A DNA stretch of 63,144 nt, filler included. It is 7 parts of 7 records of this genome, joined end to end, with 100 filler letters (N's around TTAATTAATTAA, not from the genome) between each part and the next. Parts side by side here need not be neighbours in the genome. Positions count along the whole stretch, not along the records: positions 1 to 15,242 come from SRR31156797_7976; positions 15,343 to 24,718 come from SRR31156797_7983; 5 more parts are not named here. One strand, 5' to 3'. Shown here in pieces: positions 9,066 to 17,561 of the stretch. Below the pieces are notes generated by a model that saw nothing but the letters and a program-made list of their open reading frames with translations, was not told the DNA's origin and did no database searches. The number at the start of each line of letters is the position of its first letter. Positions within the stretch are counted from its first letter, which is position 1. Position numbers and translations under genes: made by a program.

Positions 9066-9946
9066 TAGTGTACTCCTTATATATAGATTGCGTTTTGAGC
9101 ATAACTTTTTTGTTTGAAAGTGGGCAAGTCGTCAGCGTGGATGCTTTTGTTTTGTCGTCTGCGCTACTGAGGCTTAATGAGGTTTTAGCCGACATATTTG
9201 TAGAGTGGAATTGTCGTGTGAGTAGTTTTTTGTCAAAAATGTAATTTTTTAGAAAGAGAAGTCCGAAAGAGATTGCGCCGAGGGTCTGCTTGTTTTGTGC
9301 TTCTATCCACAAGCCTGATTTCTGGCTGAATAATTACGCGATCAATAATTGGTGAAGCATGTTTTGGACAGCTAGTAATCACTTTTTGCCAAAAGCAGAA
9401 TAGTGCGTTCAGATAAATTGCCACTTTGGTATGTTTTGTGTCTTGCTTCTTTGTTCCGTGTGTTTATTATTAAAAATTATAAGTGGTTATGTGGAGTTGT
9501 GTGTCGTCGGTTTAGAGCGCGCTGAGTGGGGCTTAAGGGGGTGCTAATCCATTTTTAACTTCGAAAATGGGCTGTGCTGGATTTAAAATCTTCATAATTG
9601 TATTTTTGTTTGCCAAAATTGTTTTTTTCTGACATTGTCAAATCTCTGAATCGCTCTAGTCTTTAAAAAATGATCTTTATATCCTGATTTCGATTCAATT
9701 TCAGATTCCTGAAAAGCGGTTGTGCCAATTTTGAGAGATGAAAAAACTCAAAATGTCAAAAAAGAATAGGCACCCATTACTAATTTCGAAATATCACCTG
9801 ATTAGAGCCGTATTGGCTGATACATTTTTCAATGAAAACGCGTCAGCTGCCTGCCGGAAACCTTCCAGAGCTTCGGAACCGTCCGACTCCTGCCTCCCGG
9901 GCCGCTGCACCTGTTGAACCTTATAATCATGGAGTGAGCTGACAAT

Positions 9947-11083
9947 ATGTGCCGTTTATTTGCGCTTACAAGTCGCGACCCGATTTCACCCATGCTGGCC
10001 ATCAATGCCCTTAATACAATGAAAGAAGGTCATGACGGCTCCGGCGTAGGTCTCTGTCTCAGGGGACTGGGCGGTCGTTTTGAAGAAGAATTGCAGGGCT
10101 GTCCCATTCTTTCCGGTATTTTTACCGAAGCCGGTCTGCGTAGACTGGAACAATACACCATGGACCATGGTTTCAAGTCCCAGTACAGCATTCTTTATAC
10201 CCCGGAGACCGAACCGCCGGAAGGCACCCCTGTCCGCGGCACATACGCGGCCATTGCTTATAAGGTTCCTAAGGGGTGGAAAGAGCTTACTCCTGAGCAG
10301 CAGGGCCAGAAGCTTGTCCAGATGAGATTGGACCTTCGGCGCATGGGCGAAGAAGACGGCGATATTATGGTTTTCTCCTTCTGGCCCGATACCATCATTG
10401 TAAAAGAAGTCGGCGATCCCCTTGAGATTGGTGAATGGCTCCAGCTTGGCTCCAACCGCAATCTTTATGCCCGCCACATTTTGGCTCAGGGTAGGCAAAA
10501 TACCAACTATGCCATCAACCTCTACGCCTGCCACCCTTTCTTTATTGAAGGCGTAGCCACCATGACCAACGGTGAGAACACCGCATTCATTCCTATTAAG
10601 GAATATCTGCAGTCAAGAAATGTTACCGGGTATTCCGGATACCAGTCCGATTCCGAGGTCTTCACTCATATCGCGCATTACACCACCAAGCGTCTGGGGC
10701 TGGACATTCGTGCTTACAAGCACATCATTACCCCGCTGATGGACCATGAAATGGCCGATCACCCGGACCGCGAATTCCTCGCGACCCTGAAACGTTCCTG
10801 TCGCAAGATGATTATTGACGGCCCCAACTGTATTATCGGAACCCTTGATGACGGTTCCATGTTCATGGTTCAGGACCGCAAGAAGCTTCGCCCCGGCATT
10901 GTGGGCGGTAAAGACGGCATTTACGCCTTCTCTTCCGAAGTCTGTGGCATCGACGCTGTCATTCCCGACCGCGATAAGTCCAAAGACTTCCAGCCCATGC
11001 ACCTCGATACAGTAATCGTCGGACCCGACTGCAAGGAGATACAGACATGCTCACAGAAAGACCAATTACCCCGTCAACTTTAG
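9947..11083 (+). CDS. gltB1: Glutamate synthase, class II glutamine amidotransferase subunit (split type)
   Basis: N-terminal nucleophile Cys (MCRLF), HDGSG, RQNTN, HPF, NGE, SDSEV, DRKKLRP. Confidence 0.88.
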   Translation: MCRLFALTSRDPISPMLAINALNTMKEGHDGSGVGLCLRGLGGRFEEELQGCPILSGIFTEAGLRRLEQYTMDHGFKSQYSILYTPETEPPEGTPVRGTYAAIAYKVPKGWKELTPEQQGQKLVQMRLDLRRMGEEDGDIMVFSFWPDTIIVKEVGDPLEIGEWLQLGSNRNLYARHILAQGRQNTNYAINLYACHPFFIEGVATMTNGENTAFIPIKEYLQSRNVTGYSGYQSDSEVFTHIAHYTTKRLGLDIRAYKHIITPLMDHEMADHPDREFLATLKRSCRKMIIDGPNCIIGTLDDGSMFMVQDRKKLRPGIVGGKDGIYAFSSEVCGIDAVIPDRDKSKDFQPMHLDTVIVGPDCKEIQTCSQKDQLPRQL

Positions 11084-12681
11084 GCGTTAAAGACCTGAAC
11101 TGGCAGATCGAGTGGGACAAGGATCTCTGTACCCAGTGCGGTCGCTGCACCTCCGTCTGCCCGGTTAACGCAATTGAACTCGGTGTTCATCGTAAGCGCG
11201 AGATCAAGACTCCCGCGAGCTTGATGAAAAAGGCCGAGAACGAATATTCTATTTTTTACGGCATCCGCCAGAAGACCGACCCGGCCTACGCTTGTATCGG
11301 CTGTTCCATGTGCAACATGGTCTGTCCTAACAATGCTATCGGTCCTAAGCGCGAAGAAGGTTCCACCACTCAGAAATTCCACAATGACCGTGGCGGTAAC
11401 CCCCGCACACGTGGTGGACGCCGCAACTCCGGTGAATCCCTGCTGGACCAGATCAAGTTCATGCGTATCTCCATGCTCACCGACCCCGCGCTTGACGCAG
11501 GTCGCCATGAGTTCCGCTTGAATACTCTGCTTGGACGCGTGCAGTCTCCCGAAGAAAGTTTGAAAACTTATCAGGAGCACGGCTGGAAGCCCCCGGTTCG
11601 CGAGATCTACCCGCTGGTCATCGGCGGCATGTCTTTCGGGGCTATGTCTCCCAATATGTGGGAAGGTCTGCAGATGGGTGTTGCCTACCTGAACGAAGAG
11701 CTGAACATGCCCGTACGCATATCTACAGGTGAGGGCGGTTGTCCTCCCCGTTTGCTCCGTTCACGTTTCCTTAAATACGTAATTCTCCAGATCGCATCCG
11801 GTTATTTTGGCTGGGATGAAATCATCCACGCCATTCCGGAAATGAAGGTCGACCCCTGCGCCATTGAGATCAAGTACGGTCAGGGTGCAAAGCCCGGTGA
11901 TGGCGGACTGCTCATGTGGTACAAGGTTAACAAGCTTATAGCCGCCATTCGCGGTGTTCCCGAGGGAGTAAGCCTGCCCAGTCCCCCGACCCACCAGACT
12001 CAGTATTCTATTGAGGAATCTGTAGCAAAGATGATCCAGTCCATGAGTATGGCCTGGGGATTCAGGGTTCCTGTCTATCCTAAAATTTCCGCCTCTTCCA
12101 CATCGCTGGCGGTTCTTAACAACCTGACCCGTAACCCCTACGCCGCAGGTCTGGCTATCGACGGTGAAGACGGTGGTACCGGGGCGGCATACAACGTTTC
12201 CATGAACCACATGGGACACCCCATCGCCAGTAACCTGCGCGATTGTTACAATGCTCTGGTTGTTACCGGTAAGCAGAATGAATTGCCCCTCATTGCTGGC
12301 GGCGGTATAGGTAAATCCGGCAACCTCGCGGCCAACGCTGCTGCACTGATTATGCTCGGCGCAAGTGCCGTTCAGGTTGGTAAGTACGTTATGCAGGCCG
12401 GAGCGGGTTGTCTCGGTTCCGAAAAAGACCGCTGCAACGTCTGTAACATCGGCGTATGTCCCAAGGGTATTACTTCTCAGGACCCCAGACTTTACCGTCG
12501 CCTTGATCCTGAAAAGGTCGCCGAAAGGGTTGTTGACTTCTATCTGAGCTTTGACACTGAAATCAAAAAGATTATCGCCCCTCTGGGCCGCTCCACCTCA
12601 TTGCCCATCGGCATGGCGGATGCGCTTGGTATCAGTGACCGTGATGCTGCTGACAGACTCGGCATCAAGTACGTGGTTTAA
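11047..12681 (+). CDS. gltB2: Glutamate synthase FMN-binding subunit with N-terminal 2x[4Fe-4S] ferredoxin
   Basis: CTQCGRCTSVCP and CIGCSMCNMVCP; MSFGAMS, TGEGG, EIKYGQGAKPGDGG, DGEDGGTGA, C-terminal Cys cluster ending CPKGITSQDP. Confidence 0.92.
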   Translation: MLTERPITPSTLGVKDLNWQIEWDKDLCTQCGRCTSVCPVNAIELGVHRKREIKTPASLMKKAENEYSIFYGIRQKTDPAYACIGCSMCNMVCPNNAIGPKREEGSTTQKFHNDRGGNPRTRGGRRNSGESLLDQIKFMRISMLTDPALDAGRHEFRLNTLLGRVQSPEESLKTYQEHGWKPPVREIYPLVIGGMSFGAMSPNMWEGLQMGVAYLNEELNMPVRISTGEGGCPPRLLRSRFLKYVILQIASGYFGWDEIIHAIPEMKVDPCAIEIKYGQGAKPGDGGLLMWYKVNKLIAAIRGVPEGVSLPSPPTHQTQYSIEESVAKMIQSMSMAWGFRVPVYPKISASSTSLAVLNNLTRNPYAAGLAIDGEDGGTGAAYNVSMNHMGHPIASNLRDCYNALVVTGKQNELPLIAGGGIGKSGNLAANAAALIMLGASAVQVGKYVMQAGAGCLGSEKDRCNVCNIGVCPKGITSQDPRLYRRLDPEKVAERVVDFYLSFDTEIKKIIAPLGRSTSLPIGMADALGISDRDAADRLGIKYVV

Positions 12682-12710
12682 CAATAGCTCACGATTTACG
12701 GAGATTTAAA

Positions 12711-15038
12711 ATGGCAACAGAAAAAATATGCATTAGCGGTCTTGAAGAAGGCGCCCGGATTGAATCCCGCATCCTTGAAGAGCGGATTCAGAAAGCGGTT
12801 GCCGATGGAGCCCGCAAGCTTGAAATAGACGCCATGGGCCAGCACGGCATTGGCGGACGGCTTTGGATTTCCAAGGAAGAACCTATTGAGATTGACGTTA
12901 TCGGCACATCCGGTCAGCGTCTCGGTTCCAAGGGCTTCCCCGGTACTGTAATCAACGTTCACGGTTCAGTTTCCGATGACGTTGGTTGGCTCAACGCCGG
13001 TGCTGAAATCATCGTCCACGGCAATGGTTCCAATGGCGCATGTAACGCCATGGCGCAGGGTAAAGTCATTGTTAACGGTGACATCGGTGCCCGCGGCATG
13101 ACCATGACCAAGACCAACCCCCGCTTTGATCCGCCCGAACTCTGGGTGCTCGGCGGAGTTGGTGATTATTTCGCAGAATTTATGGCTGGCGGTACCGCAG
13201 TAGTCTGTGGCTTTGAGCCTCAGAACCCTGAAAACGTGCTCGCATTCCGTCCCTGTGTCGGTATGGTTGGCGGTCGCATTTTCGTACGCGGACCCCACGG
13301 CGAATTCTCCACTGCCGACGCTATCCTCGAACCCATCACTGATGCGGATTGGGAATGGCTGACCAGTAATCTGAAAGATAATCTCGCCAAGATCGGTCGT
13401 GAAGATGTTTACGATTCCCTGACCGAACGTAAGGAATGGCAGCTCATCCGCGCCAAGTCTCCTTTTGAGAAGACCGGGCGCAAGCGTCGCTCCATGTCTG
13501 AATTCCGTTCCCAGGTATGGGACGGCGAGCTTGGACAGGGCGGTCTTATTGGCGATCTTACCGACCTTGACCGTTCTCCCGTGCCGCTGATTACTTCCGG
13601 CGAATTGCGCCGTTTTGTTCCGGTCTGGGAAAACCGCAAATATCAGGCTCCCTGTCAGTCTTCCTGTCCTACCGGAATGCCTGTGCAGAAACGTTGGCAG
13701 TTGGTCCGTGACGGCCTTGTAGATGAAGCTGTGGACCTCGCCCTTGCATATACTCCTTTTCCCGCAACTGTTTGCGGTTACCTCTGCCCTAACCTCTGTA
13801 TGGAAGGTTGTACCCGCGGCGTGAAAGATTTGCTTTCCGTGGACATCACCAAGCTGGGCCGCGAGGGCGTGAATAGCCCCGCACCTGAGCTGCCGCCCCT
13901 TTCCGGTAAGAAAGTTGCGGTTATCGGTGGTGGTCCCGCCGGTATTTCTGTCGCTTGGCAGATTCGCCGCAAGGGACATGAAGCAGTTGTTTACGACATG
14001 GCAGACAAGCTCGGCGGAAAGATTACTTCTGCCATTCCTTCCAGTCGTATCCCCAAGGACGTGTTGGATTCCGAGTTGGAGCGTGTAGCCAAGGTTATTC
14101 CTCACGTACACATGCAGAAGAAGCTGACAGCTGATGATTTTGCCGAACTGCGCCAGAACAGCGACGCAGTTGTGCTTGCTATCGGTGCCCAGAAGCCGCG
14201 CATCATTCCCATTCCCGGTCATGAGCGCATTACCCCGGCCCTTGATTTCCTCAAGAACGCCATGAAGGGTAGGGCTGAAGTGGGCGAAAAAGTGGTCATC
14301 ATCGGTGCGGGTAATGTTGGTTGTGACGTTGCTACCGAATGTTCTCGTCTCGGCGCTAAAGATATTCTGCTTATTGATATTCAGAAGCCTGCCGCGTTCG
14401 GTAAAGAGCGTGACGAAGCAGAAGAGGCCGGAGCAAAATTCCGCTATCCCTGCTTCACTCAGGAAGTTACCGATGAAGGCGTTGTGCTTAAGTCCGGCGA
14501 AGTTCTCCCGGCTGACACTGTCATTATGTCCATTGGTGATACTCCGGATATCGAGTTCCTGCCCGACACCATTGCTCTTGATCGCGGTCACATCGTGGTT
14601 AACGAAGATTATCAGACTACCGAACCCGGTGTTTACGCCATCGGTGATGCTGTTCGTCCCGGTTTGCTTACCCACGCCATCGGCCATGGTCGTGAGACAG
14701 CCGAGACTCTCGATGAAGTCTTTACTGGCAAGCGTCCTCACGCTGAACCCAAAGACGTCATTGATTACAAACGCATGACTCTTGAATACTTCGACCCGCG
14801 TCTGACCGAATTCAAGGATTTTCAGGAATGTGCTCAGGAATGTTCTTCCTGCGGTTCCTGCCGTGATTGCGGTCTGTGCGAAACAGTCTGTCCGCAGGCT
14901 GCTATCTCCCGCAAGGGACTTGAAGGCAAGGATTTCGAAATGGCTTGTGATCCTGAAAAATGCATTGGTTGCGGTTTTTGCGCCAATGTCTGCCCCTGCG
15001 GTATCTGGAATCTCGTAGAGAATAGCCCCATGGGATAA
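12711..15038 (+). CDS. Fusion of GltB3 (GXGXG beta-helix), GltD-like FAD/NAD(P)H oxidoreductase and C-terminal ferredoxin
   Basis: GDYFAEFMAGG GXGXG region; APCQSSCP...CGYLCPNLCMEGCTR; VAVIGGGPAG; IGAGNVGCD; two CxxCxxCxxxCP motifs at the C-terminus. Confidence 0.9.
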   Translation: MATEKICISGLEEGARIESRILEERIQKAVADGARKLEIDAMGQHGIGGRLWISKEEPIEIDVIGTSGQRLGSKGFPGTVINVHGSVSDDVGWLNAGAEIIVHGNGSNGACNAMAQGKVIVNGDIGARGMTMTKTNPRFDPPELWVLGGVGDYFAEFMAGGTAVVCGFEPQNPENVLAFRPCVGMVGGRIFVRGPHGEFSTADAILEPITDADWEWLTSNLKDNLAKIGREDVYDSLTERKEWQLIRAKSPFEKTGRKRRSMSEFRSQVWDGELGQGGLIGDLTDLDRSPVPLITSGELRRFVPVWENRKYQAPCQSSCPTGMPVQKRWQLVRDGLVDEAVDLALAYTPFPATVCGYLCPNLCMEGCTRGVKDLLSVDITKLGREGVNSPAPELPPLSGKKVAVIGGGPAGISVAWQIRRKGHEAVVYDMADKLGGKITSAIPSSRIPKDVLDSELERVAKVIPHVHMQKKLTADDFAELRQNSDAVVLAIGAQKPRIIPIPGHERITPALDFLKNAMKGRAEVGEKVVIIGAGNVGCDVATECSRLGAKDILLIDIQKPAAFGKERDEAEEAGAKFRYPCFTQEVTDEGVVLKSGEVLPADTVIMSIGDTPDIEFLPDTIALDRGHIVVNEDYQTTEPGVYAIGDAVRPGLLTHAIGHGRETAETLDEVFTGKRPHAEPKDVIDYKRMTLEYFDPRLTEFKDFQECAQECSSCGSCRDCGLCETVCPQAAISRKGLEGKDFEMACDPEKCIGCGFCANVCPCGIWNLVENSPMG

Positions 15039-15100
15039 TATATAGTCTTAAAGAATGGGAGATCCGGGCGGTCCGGTGATCCTGTATGGATTCTAAGATG

Positions 15101-15133
15101 AAAGCCCTGCTGAAGCGATTCAGCAGGGCTTTT
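15101..15133 (+). terminator. Intrinsic terminator of glutamate synthase operon
   Basis: AAAGCCCTGCTGAA-GCGA-TTCAGCAGGGCTTT perfect stem-loop. Confidence 0.85.
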
Positions 15134-15135
15134 AT

Positions 15136-15242
15136 GCTGTTGATAAAGCACTATCTGCGTCGTTGCTGCAAAAAAGGCTGAAACTCGCGTATGTTGATAC
15201 GCGTCGTTCCAGCCTTTTTCTTGCGCCTAGCATCTGGCACTT
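15136..15242. repeat. Palindromic intergenic repeat (MITE/REP-like), cut by contig end
   Basis: Nested inverted repeats AAAAAGGCTGAAAC/GTTCCAGCCTTTTT and CGCGTAT/ATACGCG; the contig ends inside it. Confidence 0.55.
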
Positions 15243-15342
15243 NNNNNNNNNNNNNNNNNNNNNNNNNNNNNNNNNNNNNNNNNNNNTTAATTAATTAANN
15301 NNNNNNNNNNNNNNNNNNNNNNNNNNNNNNNNNNNNNNNNNN
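15243..15342. other. Artificial contig spacer
   Basis: 44 N + TTAATTAATTAA (stops in six frames) + 44 N. Confidence 0.99.
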
Positions 15343-15343
15343 T

Positions 15344-15763
15344 ATCTACGCAACGATCTTTCACATTGTGGGCAACGAGGACGATGCGCTGGACTGCACG
15401 CAGGACGTGTTTTTAAAGGCGTATAAGAAGCGTTCTTCCTTTCGGGGTGATTCCGCCCCCTATACATGGTTAAGAAGCATAGCGACCAATTATGCCTTGA
15501 ATTTCGTTACGCGAAGCAAGACTGCCAAGTGGAATGAATATCACGAATACAACCATGCTGACGAACAGGAAGAACACGAAGTGCGGGTTTTCCAGAAAAG
15601 CTGGCTGGACCATCTTTCCAGGATGGAACGCCGGGTCGTTGAAACCAGGGTTTTCGATAAACTGTCTTTCAGAGAGGTTGCCGAAAAACTGGATACCAGC
15701 GAAAATTCCGCAAAAGTCCTATACCACAAAGCAATCAAAAAACTGCAACAGGTAGTAAAATGA
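15344..15763 (+). CDS. ECF sigma-70 factor, 5' truncated
   Basis: DALDCTQDVFLKAY...FRGDSAPYTWLRSIATN (region 2); SFREVAEKLDTSENSAKVLYHKA (region 4). Confidence 0.9.
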   Translation: MYATIFHIVGNEDDALDCTQDVFLKAYKKRSSFRGDSAPYTWLRSIATNYALNFVTRSKTAKWNEYHEYNHADEQEEHEVRVFQKSWLDHLSRMERRVVETRVFDKLSFREVAEKLDTSENSAKVLYHKAIKKLQQVVK

Positions 15764-16206
15764 AATGCGAATACGTACAAGAGCTTTTCCCCGAGTTGAG
15801 GGAACATCCGGAAAACCATCCGGAAGCTCGTGAGCATCTGGAAACTTGCTCGAACTGTAAAACGCTCTTTCATATTTTTGAAGGGTTTAGCGATGAAGCT
15901 CCCGTAATGATCGATCCCCTTAAAAGGGAAGTGAATTTCGTAAGCATTCAGAAGAAAATGAAACGTCATGATAGAGTTGTCTTCACACGAAGAATTTCAT
16001 CGGTAGCTGCAGTATTCTTACTGGCTTTTGTTTCGATCTTCAGTCTTAATCAATCATCCGGTGTGTCATTGGCAGATATATCGGCAGATGTTCTTTATAT
16101 TCAATCCGAAAGTACGATCGTGCCCGAAACCACAATGGACAAGGATGCGATCATCGAGTATCTGGCCCAATATGAAAGCATAGAATCATTTGGAGAATTG
16201 TTCTAA
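15760..16206 (+). CDS. Zinc-binding (zf-HC2/ZAS) transmembrane anti-sigma factor
   Basis: MKC...HLETCSNC (HxxxCxxC), one TM helix, ATGA overlap with the ECF gene. Confidence 0.82.
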   Translation: MKCEYVQELFPELREHPENHPEAREHLETCSNCKTLFHIFEGFSDEAPVMIDPLKREVNFVSIQKKMKRHDRVVFTRRISSVAAVFLLAFVSIFSLNQSSGVSLADISADVLYIQSESTIVPETTMDKDAIIEYLAQYESIESFGELF

Positions 16207-16224
16207 GGAACAAGGGAGAAAATC

Positions 16225-16770
16225 ATGAAAAAAATAACAGCTGTAATTATTATAAGCATTCTGATGGTTGGCGGACTTTCCGCACAAGGAATGATGCATG
16301 GCGGACCCGGTGGTCCAATGGATTCCGATAGAGGTAATAAAGAACATTGTATCAGCGATCAACCGTATTATCAGTATATGATATTTCGCATGACCGAGAT
16401 TCTGGAACTAACTCCGGAGCAAGCTGAGAAACTGTTTCCTCTGAACCGCCCATACCGCGACACAAAACATTCACTGCATATGCAAATGAGAGCTTTGGGA
16501 GAGGATGCTTTCAAACAAGAAGTGATCGAAAAAGCAGATCTCGAAAGATATAAAAAAGAGATCAGCCGACTTAGAAAAGAAGAAGCCAAATTAGATGAAC
16601 AATTCTATTCTGATGTGGAGAAGTTCCTGGAACCTGAACAAGTTGCCAAACTGATCTTTTTCGATTCTCATTTCAGAAGAGAACTATCAAATGAACTAAA
16701 AGAACGTTACGATCCGGAAAAAAAGAAGAAGGGTGTTAAGAAATTCTGGGAAAAACGTAAAAAGAAATAA
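16225..16770 (+). CDS. Secreted Spy/CpxP-like helical protein
   Basis: Signal peptide, Met/Gly-rich segment, LELTPEQ and FLEPEQ (LTxxQ-like) motifs. Confidence 0.7.
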   Translation: MKKITAVIIISILMVGGLSAQGMMHGGPGGPMDSDRGNKEHCISDQPYYQYMIFRMTEILELTPEQAEKLFPLNRPYRDTKHSLHMQMRALGEDAFKQEVIEKADLERYKKEISRLRKEEAKLDEQFYSDVEKFLEPEQVAKLIFFDSHFRRELSNELKERYDPEKKKKGVKKFWEKRKKK

Positions 16771-16785
16771 TCAAGGAGTAAAACC

Positions 16786-17286
16786 ATGAAACGAAAACCC
16801 ATTACCATCGCATTGACCCTTCTGCTTGTAGCAAGTATGGCTTTTGCCGGCATGAACGAAAAAGGCAAGGGCATGAAAGCAGAGCAAAAGATGAAAGGCG
16901 AAAAATGCCAGTTATTGACAGATGATGAACGCGAAAAAGTCGGTGACGTAAAACGCGAATTTGAAAAAGTTGCCATTCCGCTTCGCGCAGACATCAAAGT
17001 TCTTAATATGGAACTTAACGAACTGATCGTTGATGGAAAGTCAACCGATGCAAAACTCAATGAATTGAACGATGCCAAAGCCAAACTTTCTAAAGAACAG
17101 GTTAAGCATAAGGCTGCTGTCCGTAAGATCGTCGGTGAAGAGAAGTACAAAAAGATGCAGATGTTTAAAAAGAAAATGATGCATGGCAAGATGAAAGGTG
17201 AACACGGCAAAGGCATGGGCAATAAAATGAAAGGACATCACGGACAGGAAGGATGTCGTAACGAGAATGCCCCTCGCAATAAGTAA
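16786..17286 (+). CDS. Secreted Spy/CpxP/ZraP-like protein with Met/His/Lys-rich tail
   Basis: Signal peptide (AFA), LLTDDE...VRKIVGEEKY helical hairpin, MMHGKMKGEHGKGMG tail. Confidence 0.7.
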   Translation: MKRKPITIALTLLLVASMAFAGMNEKGKGMKAEQKMKGEKCQLLTDDEREKVGDVKREFEKVAIPLRADIKVLNMELNELIVDGKSTDAKLNELNDAKAKLSKEQVKHKAAVRKIVGEEKYKKMQMFKKKMMHGKMKGEHGKGMGNKMKGHHGQEGCRNENAPRNK

Positions 17287-17307
17287 ACACCATCGATACA
17301 CACATAT

Positions 17308-17342
17308 AAAAAACACCCTCAAAATAAGAGGGTGTTTTTTTT
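17308..17342 (+). terminator. Intrinsic terminator
   Basis: AAAAAACACCCTC / GAGGGTGTTTTTT stem plus T-tract. Confidence 0.85.
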
Positions 17343-17406
17343 ATTTTAAGTAAAAGCAATGAAGGAATTTGGGTCAGGAGATTAGGTCTAGAATAAACGG
17401 CGCATG

Positions 17407-17511
17407 AGTAGCCCCGGGTTTTAACCCGGGGTAAAAGAATCCCAAATCAAAGGGGTTTAAACCTCGATTATTGAGAAAATTAGAAACCCCGAGCTAAAGC
17501 TCGGGGCTACT
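17407..17511. repeat. Inverted pair of GTAG-type REP sequences (REPIN-like)
   Basis: GTAGCCCCGGGTTTTAACCCGGGG (+, 17408-17431) and GTAGCCCCGAGCTTTAGCTCGGGG (-, 17487-17510). Confidence 0.75.
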
Positions 17512-17561
17512 TATTTTAAATTTTATTTGTGTAATCCGTGTTAATTTCGAGTATCTGGCTA

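Noticed and set aside
9768-9785. TAGGCAC as a sigma54 -24 box for the glutamate synthase operon
   Set aside because: There is no GC at the -12 position (GG-N10 is followed by TA).
12966-14741. 591-aa ORF antisense to the GltB3-GltD gene
   Set aside because: It lies entirely opposite a well-supported gene and has no recognisable motifs; long antisense frames are expected from codon bias in GC-richer genes. The same applies to 9986..10534, 11080..11580 and 5278..5742.
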